Positions 1-8,209 of a DNA stretch of 64,000 nucleotides are shown piece by piece (position 1 is the first letter of the stretch; the number at the start of each line of letters is the position of its first letter). Position numbers and translations under genes: made by a program. The stretch lies in contig OZ245842.1 of the NCBI GenBank assembly GCA_965228895.1, forward strand, positions 5,248,001-5,312,000, in the 5' to 3' direction. Source of the DNA: Alphaproteobacteria bacterium. Lineage in GTDB: Bacteria > Pseudomonadota > Alphaproteobacteria > SP197. The notes under the pieces were generated by a model. That model searched no databases. It worked only from the letters and a program-made list of their open reading frames with translations, and was not told where the DNA came from.

Positions 1-265
1 CCTCGATACCTCGATGAACGTCAGCTACGGCGCTGTCGATATCGGCGTTCTGGACTCTCAGCGCGTCCGCATAGACACGCTTGTCATTCTCGCTTTCAAG
101 GCGCTCCAGGCGTTGTGTGGTGTCCTCAGGCTCAGTAGGCGTCTCGGGCTGTTCAGCTGGCGTCTCAGGCTCCTTGGGAGGCAGTGACGCATCGAACTCC
201 GCCAGCAACGCATCCACGTCGTCCATCGTGTTGAGCGGGCGAACCTCTGGCTTCTCAGCCGCCAC
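1..265 (-). CDS. Hypothetical protein, possibly capsid scaffold (partial; runs off the window)
   Basis: AGGAG RBS then GTG; translates as MAAEKPEVRPLNTMDDVDALLAEFDASLPPKEPETPAEQPETPTEPEDTTQRLERLESENDKR..., acidic Pro/Glu-rich followed by coiled coil; absent from the ORF track. Confidence 0.6.
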   Translation of the reverse strand, partial: MAAEKPEVRPLNTMDDVDALLAEFDASLPPKEPETPAEQPETPTEPEDTTQRLERLESENDKRVYADALRVQNADIDSAVADVHRGIE

Positions 266-281
266 GCTCTCCTGATTCAGA

Positions 282-473
282 TCACCATCCGCCATGGGCC
301 ATCTTCCAGCGCCTGAGTTCGCCGTCGCTCATCATGCGGATCTTATCGTCGAAGGCCTTACGGGCTTCCTCCGTCTCGCCCTCGGCCTCCAACCGTTTCG
401 AGGCGGCCTCATGCAGGCGTTTCACCTGTTCGACGGTGAGGTTGTCTGCGATGTCATCCGTGGTGACTGGCAT
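282..473 (-). CDS. Small hypothetical protein
   Basis: GGAG/AGGA RBS before ATG at 473; operonic overlap with the upstream gene. Confidence 0.65.
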   Translation of the reverse strand: MPVTTDDIADNLTVEQVKRLHEAASKRLEAEGETEEARKAFDDKIRMMSDGELRRWKMAHGGW

Positions 474-987
474 TGTCCTTCTCCTCCAGTGTTTCAATTA
501 GATTGATTGCGCGCTCGATTCCGTCGCGGCTTTGGAGCAACGGAGACTTGTGCTTTCTGAGTTCGCCGGTGGCCTCCGTCATCATGGCCTTGATCCGCGC
601 TTCGAGCTGATCCAGTTCCCGGTGACGGTTCCGGACCTCGATCTCGCGCTGTTCCATGCTGTCTTCCTTGCGCGCCCACTTCGCCTCTAAATTGGCGATC
701 CGCTTCTCGCGTCGCTCGTGGTCCTTCTGGCTCGCGGCAAGATACTCGCTCCACTTGCTCAGCTTTTTCTGCGCCCGTTCCAGTTCGCCCTCCGCCTTCG
801 TAACGGCATCGCGGCGTTCGGTGAACTCCTTGAGCTTCTCCTCAAAAGCCTCGGGATCATTTACCGCGTGAACCAGCGCAATGGCGGCGGCCTCGTTGCC
901 AGCCAGACCCGGCAGGTGGATGCTGTCGTGGTTCTCGCGTGGCTTGGGCTTCGGCACGTTGACTTGTTCGGGTTTCTCTTGCGTCAT
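454..987 (-). CDS. Coiled-coil hypothetical protein
   Basis: 177 aa, E/K/R-rich heptads; ATGA overlap with the upstream gene. Confidence 0.75.
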   Translation of the reverse strand: MTQEKPEQVNVPKPKPRENHDSIHLPGLAGNEAAAIALVHAVNDPEAFEEKLKEFTERRDAVTKAEGELERAQKKLSKWSEYLAASQKDHERREKRIANLEAKWARKEDSMEQREIEVRNRHRELDQLEARIKAMMTEATGELRKHKSPLLQSRDGIERAINLIETLEEKDNASHHG

Positions 988-3017
988 TCATCCTCACCTT
1001 GTGCCGCCTGTAGTGCGGCGTCCAAACGTTGCTGCAAGAGTTGCGCGGAGCTGTTCCTGTCCACGTTCACGCCCATCTCGTTTTGCAGGATTTCCTTCAT
1101 CTGCTCGATGACGGGTGCGAGGTTCTGGTTCTGTGACGCGATGACGTTGAGCTGGGCCGCGTGGTTCGCCCACGACACGGTGCCGAAGCTCACGGTGGGT
1201 GCGTCCGCCATCCATCTGACAAGGCGCGGAGACATCAGTATCTTCGCTGCCAAGGTGGAGGCGGCGACAGTGCCGCCGACTGCCGCACCAGTCGCAACGG
1301 GAAGAACACCGGTCGAGAAGAAGTCCACCACCGCACCGGCACCGATAGCGCTGCCGATGAGGACGCGACCGGTACCGGAGTTGTTGTACATCCGCTCCGT
1401 TCGCCGAATGCTCGACAACACCTCGGCAAAGTTATCGAGCTCTTCTCTCAGGCCCGGTGTGGCCTCGAACAGGATGTCCTTGCCGCCATCGGAGAGGCGG
1501 TTGTAGTTGGTGAGAAAGCGGTTCATCGAGAAATCGACTTCCGCAATCTCACCGGCATTGCCTGCCAAAGGACGGCCCATTTCTCTGATGACGCTGGCGG
1601 CGACTTCGTTCCACGTCGCGTCGTCCATCGCGGAGCGGATCTCCTGAAGCTCCCTGAGAGACGCGCCCGCTCGTTCCCCGGCCCGTTTGACCAACAAGTC
1701 ATACGTGGCCTCTCCCGACGCATTGGGATCGAGCAGGCGGTTAAGTGCGTTCTGTATCTTCTCGGCACCAAGACGGTAGAACTCGTCGGCCCGATTGATG
1801 GCCTGCAACGCGTCCGGCCCCAACGTTTCGGCAAACGTCTTCATGTCATCGGTGATGGCACCGTAGAGCTCGCGGAGGGCCTGGGTGTCCAGGTCCGCGC
1901 CCAAGACAACTTGGGGCTTGGCAAGCAGGCGTCCGATTTCCGTTCGGAACGATCGCAGGTCTGAGTAGGTGAGCGCGCCGTCGTTGTTGCGGATGGCGTT
2001 GGCCCAGCGCTCGAAGCGCGGTGACACGAACGCATCACCCAACTCCGCCAGATCGAACTTCGCGGCAGATCCGGAGAGGGCATTGATGGTCTCCGTCATC
2101 TGCACCTGTGCGGTGGGTGAGAAGAGATCATCGACCCGCTGATAGAGCGCTCTTGCCTTGAGCGCGAAGCCTTCGCCCTCCGGCAGGCTCAGATTCCGCG
2201 TGGCTGTTCGGAAGATGTTGCTGATGGCCTCTTCGCTCAGGTCGCCCGCGACATTCACACTGCCACGGAACGCTTCCGCTCCGGCCTGGGCAGCTTCTCC
2301 GCCTGCCAAGCGGGACACCGACGTGCCGCCAGTGGACGCCGCAAGCTCTTCTGCCGCGTCTGCCGCACTCCCAGCCGTGCGCGCCATGCCGCGCTCGATG
2401 ACATTGCCTGCAACCGGCGTCTCGCGAAGGGTGGAGACGACACCACGAACGGTGCGGTTCTCCATGGCCGTCGCCAGCGTCGGCGTTACACCGGCCTGAC
2501 GGAAGCGGCCAACGGTTTGGCCGAGACGCGTAGCCTGGGCAGCGGGTTGGATGACGTTGCGCGACACCAGATTACCGAAACGCGGCACACCGCCCGGCAC
2601 ACTGCCGCCCATGGCTCCGAACGAAAGAACGCGTCCCAAGGCAAGCAAGCGTTCGTCGGTTTCTTCGGAGCGCAGGTACACCGTTCTCTGGCCGGTAGCC
2701 GGGTCGATCAGTTGGACGTGGATTTGTGGGTCGAAGTCAATCCAACTGCCGTCATCACGCAGGGCAATCGGCCCGAAGTCAGCCTCCAACCACTTGCCGA
2801 TGCGTTCGTAGTTGGGCTCGCCTTGAAGGTTGCGGACGATAGGCGAGGTGCCCTGGAATGCCGCCTCCAGTTCCGTCTGGAAACCCTCGGCAACGGCACC
2901 AGCGCCTGACACCTCACGTGTGTTCTCAGGGAACGTCGTCATGGGCTCCGGGATGGGCGGTGCTGTCTCACCGGCGGCACGGCGGACGTCGGCAAGCCTT
3001 TCTTCAAGAGAGGCCAT
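984..3017 (-). CDS. Large phage DNA-ejection/transfer-like protein (P22 gp16-like class)
   Basis: 677 aa, Ala/Gly-rich and helical, with a C-terminal hydrophobic glycine-zipper segment; coupled to the upstream ejection-like gene. Confidence 0.6.
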   Translation of the reverse strand: MASLEERLADVRRAAGETAPPIPEPMTTFPENTREVSGAGAVAEGFQTELEAAFQGTSPIVRNLQGEPNYERIGKWLEADFGPIALRDDGSWIDFDPQIHVQLIDPATGQRTVYLRSEETDERLLALGRVLSFGAMGGSVPGGVPRFGNLVSRNVIQPAAQATRLGQTVGRFRQAGVTPTLATAMENRTVRGVVSTLRETPVAGNVIERGMARTAGSAADAAEELAASTGGTSVSRLAGGEAAQAGAEAFRGSVNVAGDLSEEAISNIFRTATRNLSLPEGEGFALKARALYQRVDDLFSPTAQVQMTETINALSGSAAKFDLAELGDAFVSPRFERWANAIRNNDGALTYSDLRSFRTEIGRLLAKPQVVLGADLDTQALRELYGAITDDMKTFAETLGPDALQAINRADEFYRLGAEKIQNALNRLLDPNASGEATYDLLVKRAGERAGASLRELQEIRSAMDDATWNEVAASVIREMGRPLAGNAGEIAEVDFSMNRFLTNYNRLSDGGKDILFEATPGLREELDNFAEVLSSIRRTERMYNNSGTGRVLIGSAIGAGAVVDFFSTGVLPVATGAAVGGTVAASTLAAKILMSPRLVRWMADAPTVSFGTVSWANHAAQLNVIASQNQNLAPVIEQMKEILQNEMGVNVDRNSSAQLLQQRLDAALQAAQGEDE

Positions 3018-4228
3018 CAGAACCCCCGCTTTTCGAGTTCAGCGTCGAGCTGTGCCTTCTCATCGGCAGAAAGCGTTGAGAGGTCGATGCTTCCAAGCTC
3101 GGCAAGGCTCATGCTTGAGAAGTCGATTGGCGTGGCTAACCCGCTCTCACGAATACGGCTTCTGACGACGTTGGCAGGTGACACACCGGCCTCGTTCGCG
3201 GCGGTCGTGAAGTGAGATTCAAGGCTGCGCTGGTCGATGAGGAACTGCTCGTAGGAAGCTTGCGCTGCTTGCACCATGGCTTCGCGCATGTCGTCGGGCA
3301 GGATCTCGCCGCTGTCCAAACGTTGCAGGGCCTGCACCAGTTGTGAGCCTAGCCCCATAGCCTGGCCCGTGGTGGCGAACTCACCCTCGGTAACGCGGCT
3401 GCCGGGGTCCAGGACTTTGAAGAACGAGAACGTCAGCGCGACATCGCTCAGGCCCGTCGCATCCCCCGCCAAGTCCTGCATGATGAAGAACTGGCGCTGC
3501 ACCTCTTCAAAGCCCACCGACTGACGGTCGAAGTCGTCACGCAGGTTGTTCTCGACGGTGAGAATCTGGCTCGGGTCCAAACCGCCTTCAGCCCCAGACA
3601 CCAGTGGACTTATCTGGCCCGTCGTCTGGTTCATCTGCACGACGCTACCGGGGGCGAATCCCGACGCTTGAACTTCAGCGGGCGTCAACAGCCTGAAGCT
3701 GTCTGGACGTTTCGGCAGGTCAAAGGCGGACTGTTGCGCCGTTGCCGGATCGATACCCTGCGCAATAAGGGCATCCTCTGTTGCGGCCTGTCCCGCGACA
3801 CTGGCCTCTGCGTCCAGAGTAGCCGTCTGAAGTGTCTCTTCCCGTTTGGTGGGTGTCGCGGCGAACTGCGAAAGAAACGTCTGGAACCGATTCGGCTGTC
3901 CAAGCTGGCCGTAGAGTGTCCCGATCTGAGCAAGCATGCCCCGGATCATGCCAGCGTGCCGGGCGGTAAACTCTGTGGTGTCACCGCCGAGATAACTGGA
4001 CTTCAGGTTAAGCAGCGTTTCCTGCAACGTCGCGATGGCGTTTTCGCCCTCCTGCTGCATCGCGAAAGCTTCTTCTCGTTTGAGCTTGCGCGCCTCCAAG
4101 TCAGCCTGGAACTGCTGCAATCCAAGCTGCTCCTCGGCAAGGCCGATGCGCTGCTCGTCGAGTGCAAGATTTCTGGCGGTCTGCTGCCCACGTGCAAAGC
4201 CGCCGAGTGTGATTCCTGTCAGTGCCAT
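3017..4228 (-). CDS. Phage DNA-ejection/internal virion protein-like
   Basis: GGAG RBS and ATG at 4228; N-terminal GGFARGQQ plus Gln-rich coil; KVLDPGSRVTEGEF motif resembling podovirus internal proteins. Confidence 0.6.
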   Translation of the reverse strand: MALTGITLGGFARGQQTARNLALDEQRIGLAEEQLGLQQFQADLEARKLKREEAFAMQQEGENAIATLQETLLNLKSSYLGGDTTEFTARHAGMIRGMLAQIGTLYGQLGQPNRFQTFLSQFAATPTKREETLQTATLDAEASVAGQAATEDALIAQGIDPATAQQSAFDLPKRPDSFRLLTPAEVQASGFAPGSVVQMNQTTGQISPLVSGAEGGLDPSQILTVENNLRDDFDRQSVGFEEVQRQFFIMQDLAGDATGLSDVALTFSFFKVLDPGSRVTEGEFATTGQAMGLGSQLVQALQRLDSGEILPDDMREAMVQAAQASYEQFLIDQRSLESHFTTAANEAGVSPANVVRSRIRESGLATPIDFSSMSLAELGSIDLSTLSADEKAQLDAELEKRGF

Positions 4229-4443
4229 GTAAGGGCTCCCAGTTCGCGGAGTGTCTCCACCTGAACGCAAGCCAAGAACGTCGCGTTGGCGTCGTCCGTC
4301 ATTTCGCCGTCGTCGTCGAACCACTCCGGCTGCCACACCGCGAGGATGTCGGCTACGTCGTCTTGCAGGACGGGAGACTCACCAGCGCGGTAGCCAGCGG
4401 CGTGTGCTTCGATGATCGCCATGTCGCCAAGGCTAAGTCGCAT
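4219..4443 (-). CDS. Small acidic hypothetical protein
   Basis: GGAGG RBS, ATG at 4443, 74 aa, overlaps its neighbours operonically. Confidence 0.6.
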   Translation of the reverse strand: MRLSLGDMAIIEAHAAGYRAGESPVLQDDVADILAVWQPEWFDDDGEMTDDANATFLACVQVETLRELGALTWH

Positions 4444-4684
4444 GAATGGCCTCCAACTCCTCGACGATGACGGTACGCTCCTCATGCGGTTGGCCGCTGT
4501 AATAAGCGTCCATCTCAGCACGCAGCTCGAAGGCCGGTTGATCCTGGCTGACCTTCAGGCCGCGCAAGTCAAGCCAGTCATAGAGCTGGCGGCGTCGCAG
4601 TGGGCGCTGTGCATTGCGGTAGCGGGCCAGGAGCTTGTAGTCCGCACCACCCGTGTCGGTCATCGTGACGCCGTCGCTATTCAT
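4433..4684 (-). CDS. Hypothetical protein, paralog 3 of tandem family
   Basis: GGAGG RBS; carries the shared motif D-x13-Y-x7-R-x2-IV-x2-LEA. Confidence 0.75.
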   Translation of the reverse strand: MNSDGVTMTDTGGADYKLLARYRNAQRPLRRRQLYDWLDLRGLKVSQDQPAFELRAEMDAYYSGQPHEERTVIVEELEAIHAT

Positions 4685-4711
4685 TTCTCGTACCTCCCAT
4701 ACCGAGCGCCA

Positions 4712-5053
4712 TCAGTTGTCCTTGACGGCTTCGAGACGCTGGACGAGATCGACTCGCTCATTGTCCGAGGCGGTTCTGTACCAGTCGCGCAACAGCGCTT
4801 CCGTCACCGCCTTGGGCGTGTCTGTCGAGACATCACGCTCCTCGAAGACAGGGCCTCGAAGGCGGGGATTGTCGGGATCTTCGTGCTTCGCACGCTCAGC
4901 GTCGTCGCCGGTGAACTGTGCCAGCTTGACCGTCTCTTTCAGACCGAGCTGCGCGACGATATCGCTGACGAACTTCCTGCGTGTACCGGAGAGGGCTTCG
5001 TAGAATCTGGCGTCGAGTTTGTCGTTATTGCCGAGTGAGTTGATTTGAGCCAT
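4712..5053 (-). CDS. Hypothetical protein, paralog 2 of tandem family
   Basis: GGAGG RBS; carries the shared C-terminal motif. Confidence 0.75.
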   Translation of the reverse strand: MAQINSLGNNDKLDARFYEALSGTRRKFVSDIVAQLGLKETVKLAQFTGDDAERAKHEDPDNPRLRGPVFEERDVSTDTPKAVTEALLRDWYRTASDNERVDLVQRLEAVKDN

Positions 5054-5312
5054 AGGCGTGAGCCTCCAGGGCGTTCACGATTAGCTCCCGTTTTTCGTTG
5101 TCGCCCGCTTGGTACAGGCTGTTGATTTTTTCGTTCATTTCGTCAGCCGTGGCATCGGGGTGGGCCTCCAGTTCAAGCTCCTTGCATACCCGGCGCTTGG
5201 GACCACGGCGAATGGCATCCAGCGCACGCTTGCGACGGCTATCAAGATGGCGCGCGTCAAAGGCGCTCTGCATCGCCGCTGCCTTTGCTTCTGTCGTCGG
5301 GATGGCCTTCAT
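5025..5312 (-). CDS. Hypothetical protein, paralog 1 of tandem family
   Basis: GAGGA RBS and ATG at 5312 just after the TAG of the upstream gene; carries the shared motif. Confidence 0.7.
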   Translation of the reverse strand: MKAIPTTEAKAAAMQSAFDARHLDSRRKRALDAIRRGPKRRVCKELELEAHPDATADEMNEKINSLYQAGDNEKRELIVNALEAHAYGSNQLTRQ

Positions 5313-5317
5313 GTCCT

Positions 5318-5638
5318 CTAGTTCCCATTCGATGCGTCTGTCACAGCCGTGCCATCGGGCATCACACCCGTCACTTCCGACATCCGGCGCGCCATGTCGT
5401 TCAGCGCCGCCAACTGTGCCGCGCGTTTGGCCTCTTCCGCGTTCTCTCTCACGAACCGCGTCATCTCGATCATCCACCTCAGGCTGAAGTCGCCGATCAG
5501 CTTCTGAGCCTCGATGTCCGACTGCGGACCCAACTCCGTCTGCGATGTCCGCTCGTGCAGCATCTCCAGCCCCTCCGACAGCTCCAACAGCGTCGCCAGA
5601 TCGAACCTTGGGCGGTCTTCCGCTTCGGCTAGCGCCAT
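5318..5638 (-). CDS. Hypothetical protein
   Basis: GGAGG RBS, ATG within TGATG, 106 aa helical protein. Confidence 0.7.
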   Translation of the reverse strand: MALAEAEDRPRFDLATLLELSEGLEMLHERTSQTELGPQSDIEAQKLIGDFSLRWMIEMTRFVRENAEEAKRAAQLAALNDMARRMSEVTGVMPDGTAVTDASNGN

Positions 5639-5897
5639 CAGGTTCCTCCAAAAACCTCGTCAGTCTCTCGTTCAGGGCACCCGGCTCCGGCAACGGTGAC
5701 CGCCACCGCAGCCGATCCTGGAGGTGAAGGATGTACGCCCTCGTGCGCTTGTCCTTCAGCGCCTCCGTCGCACGTGTCGTCAACGAACCCCTTGCCATAT
5801 CCGCGACCGCCGCTGCACGAGCACCGTTGCCCAGGACGACAAATGCCTCGGCAAAACGCTTGCGCTTGCGTGTCACGCCAAATGGCCGGGCCTCCAT
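5638..5897 (-). CDS. Terminase small subunit-like protein (stop reached only after a -1 shift at a T5 run)
   Basis: TRKRKRFAEAFVVLGNGARAAAVA...LKDKRTRAYI resembles the TerS N-terminal HTH pattern. Confidence 0.6.
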
Positions 5898-6290
5898 GCG
5901 AGTGCCTCAAAAAGCGTTGTTCTGGCGAAAAGACTACAACAGAAAAAACTATGCAACAAGCGGAAAAGTTCAGTTTTTTTGGGGGCAGAGTTTGGATTTC
6001 GGCTGGGTGTATGAGTGGCGACTACGGCGCGGGGCGAAGGGCATGGGGGTGGCCCGGCATGGGCCTCAAGCGCCAGACTCTGAGTAGCTATCAGGCGTTC
6101 TAGGCCACAGAAGCTAGAGTTTGTGCGGCTTTCGGGCTGTGCTGCTTGGCAACGGGTAACAGTCGGGTAACGGCGAGGGCAAAAAGACTTCCGAGCGTCG
6201 GAAACCTTTCCCGTTTGAAAACGGACACAAACAAGGCCGAACCACCATGCCATTAGCACGCCGTTAGGCCTTACCGTGACCTCACCGTCC

Positions 6291-6455
6291 CATAGGAGAG
6301 CCTTAGGAGAACCTTGGTATAACCTTGGGGTACCCTTATAGCCCGGACACGCCGGACAAACCCGGACATTGTCCGGACATGTCCGCAGACACCCAACCCG
6401 GACAGGACAGGACATATCCCTTAAGGGATGTCCGTGTCCGGTCCGGTGTCCGGAT
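6291..6455. repeat. Iteron-like repeats around a palindrome; candidate replication origin
   Basis: CCGGACA at 6343, 6352, 6362, 6373 and 6398; perfect palindrome ATCCCTTAAGGGAT at 6416-6429; inverted TGTCCG copies after it; downstream of the helicase. Confidence 0.7.
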
Positions 6456-6647
6456 GTTACCGTTGAAGACATGAAGTTGGTTTGGTTGCGGCCTCGCAGC
6501 GACGGCTGACAAGCTGCCCGGCCTCGTTCTCGGTCGTCGTGATGAACCACGCCCAGACGGTCCCGCAGTCCACGGTGTCGCTGCCCTTGTGTGCGGTGAG
6601 CCGCCAACCAGGCTCGGCAGGCATGAAGACGCTGTAGGTCTGTTGCT

Positions 6648-7712
6648 TCACGCTACCCACACCCATTCATCCCAGACGCCGATCAGCCCACGCTCCTGCA
6701 AGCCCTCAGACGCACGCTTGAACGCCTTTGACCTGGTGTCGGCCTTGTCGCTCGTGGTCACGATTCCGAGGTCGCAGTAGCGCCGCCACAGCGCCACGCT
6801 TACTGCCTGTGTGTTTGGTGGGATGTGGTTGCTAGCTGGAGGCACCTTGCCGCTCTCATCGATGGCCTTCTGGAGCATCTTGAGTGCGTTCTGCTGCTGC
6901 GCAGGTGGCTTCTTGCTCGTCTGGCGTTTGGCGGGCTCATAATCGTCCACTGGATCAACGACGCATGACGTTATCTCGTCACCATCCACGTCCTCACCGA
7001 CGACAACCTGCCTGATGGCGCTGGCCCACTGCGTACCGTCCTCGGTATCACGCATGGCACGCACCTCCGCGATGGTTTGGTTCTGCTTGTCCTTCTGGAC
7101 GGCAATCTCAGCATCCAGAGCGCCCAGGAGCGACGTGTGACCACGGTAGCGGGTTTCATCGAGGCCGCAGTGGTGCACGACGACCGCAGTGCAGTTGAAC
7201 GCGTTTCTGATCATGTCCAGCGCACCGATGTAGGCCGTCATGTCCGTGTCGGAACTCTCGGATCCGGTGAACGTCCTGTTCAACGTATCGACGATGACGA
7301 GAACGGGCGGCTCGTCCATCTGCATGGCGATGCTGTTGATGAGCTCGTCTTTCTGGTGAACGAGTTCCAGGCGAACCGTAATGAGCTTCAGGGGCGTCTC
7401 CGCTGCACCCTCGGCCATCTTCTCCTGGCGAAAGGCTTCAACGCGCTTGGCGAGCCCGCCACCGCCTTCAGCGGCTATGTAAAGGACGGGTCCTTGCACG
7501 ACACGGCGGCCACGGTACTCCCAGCCCAGCGCGACATGCATGCAGAGGTCGAAGGCAAGGAAGGACTTCCCGGACTTCGGCGGTCCCCACCACACGACAA
7601 TACCGTTCTTCGGAACGATGCCCTTGACGATGTAGTCGCGCTCATCGGACAGACGTACGTCGTCGAAATTGACGATTGGGATGGTGGGCAAATCCACTTC
7701 TCGAAGAGTCAT
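6648..7712 (-). CDS. AAA_25/RepA-family replicative helicase
   Basis: Walker A GPPKSGKS, YIAAEG, Walker B LVIVDT, VVVHH, RGHTSL. Confidence 0.9.
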   Translation of the reverse strand: MTLREVDLPTIPIVNFDDVRLSDERDYIVKGIVPKNGIVVWWGPPKSGKSFLAFDLCMHVALGWEYRGRRVVQGPVLYIAAEGGGGLAKRVEAFRQEKMAEGAAETPLKLITVRLELVHQKDELINSIAMQMDEPPVLVIVDTLNRTFTGSESSDTDMTAYIGALDMIRNAFNCTAVVVHHCGLDETRYRGHTSLLGALDAEIAVQKDKQNQTIAEVRAMRDTEDGTQWASAIRQVVVGEDVDGDEITSCVVDPVDDYEPAKRQTSKKPPAQQQNALKMLQKAIDESGKVPPASNHIPPNTQAVSVALWRRYCDLGIVTTSDKADTRSKAFKRASEGLQERGLIGVWDEWVWVA

Positions 7713-8209
7713 GCAGCCACCTTCATGGTGTCGTTGAACACCACCTTCGGCACGACGCCAGTCACGCCCTCAAACGCCCTACGTACCGCTCGACCATGCC
7801 CGAAGTGGTCGCACTCCAGCGTCAGGCGCGGCGTGCCACAGAACAGTTCCGCCAGCACCGTAATGTCGACGGCGCAGAGGTCGTCTGTGTTGCGCAGCCA
7901 TGCCGACACGTAGCGGTGCACGCGGACGGTGCCGTGCCTGAACATCGGATTGCCCAGCAGCCGCGCTTGGCCGGTCAGGAGGTGAACATCGGCCGGCCTG
8001 GCAGGGTCGAGGGCGATGCAGTCAACTAGTCGCCCGTCCCAGGGATCGAAGCATGGGACAACGAGGTGACGCTTGCCGTCGCAATCGTCGAGGGCGGCGA
8101 CATGGCCGTCGAGAAACGCGTCCCATAGGTCCAGTGACTTGATGAACGCCGCACCGTTATCGAAGGCCGTGTATTCCTTGGCTGCCAGGATGGAGTCGTG
8201 CGGGGTCAT
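7709..8209 (-). CDS. Hypothetical protein, possibly primase-related
   Basis: 166 aa, ATGA-coupled to the helicase. Confidence 0.65.
   Translation of the reverse strand: MTPHDSILAAKEYTAFDNGAAFIKSLDLWDAFLDGHVAALDDCDGKRHLVVPCFDPWDGRLVDCIALDPARPADVHLLTGQARLLGNPMFRHGTVRVHRYVSAWLRNTDDLCAVDITVLAELFCGTPRLTLECDHFGHGRAVRRAFEGVTGVVPKVVFNDTMKVAA

Noticed and set aside
4229-4336. Longer start for the 3017-4336 ORF
   Set aside because: It overlaps the 4219-4443 gene, and a good RBS precedes the ATG at 4228.
6341-6455. CRISPR-like array
   Set aside because: Repeats are 7 bp with 2-4 nt gaps, there are no spacers and no cas genes; an iteron interpretation fits better.
5873-6666. ORFs 5873-6607 and 6457-6666
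   Set aside because: The first translates the repeat/ori region without protein-like composition; the second is possible but has no supporting motif or clear RBS.
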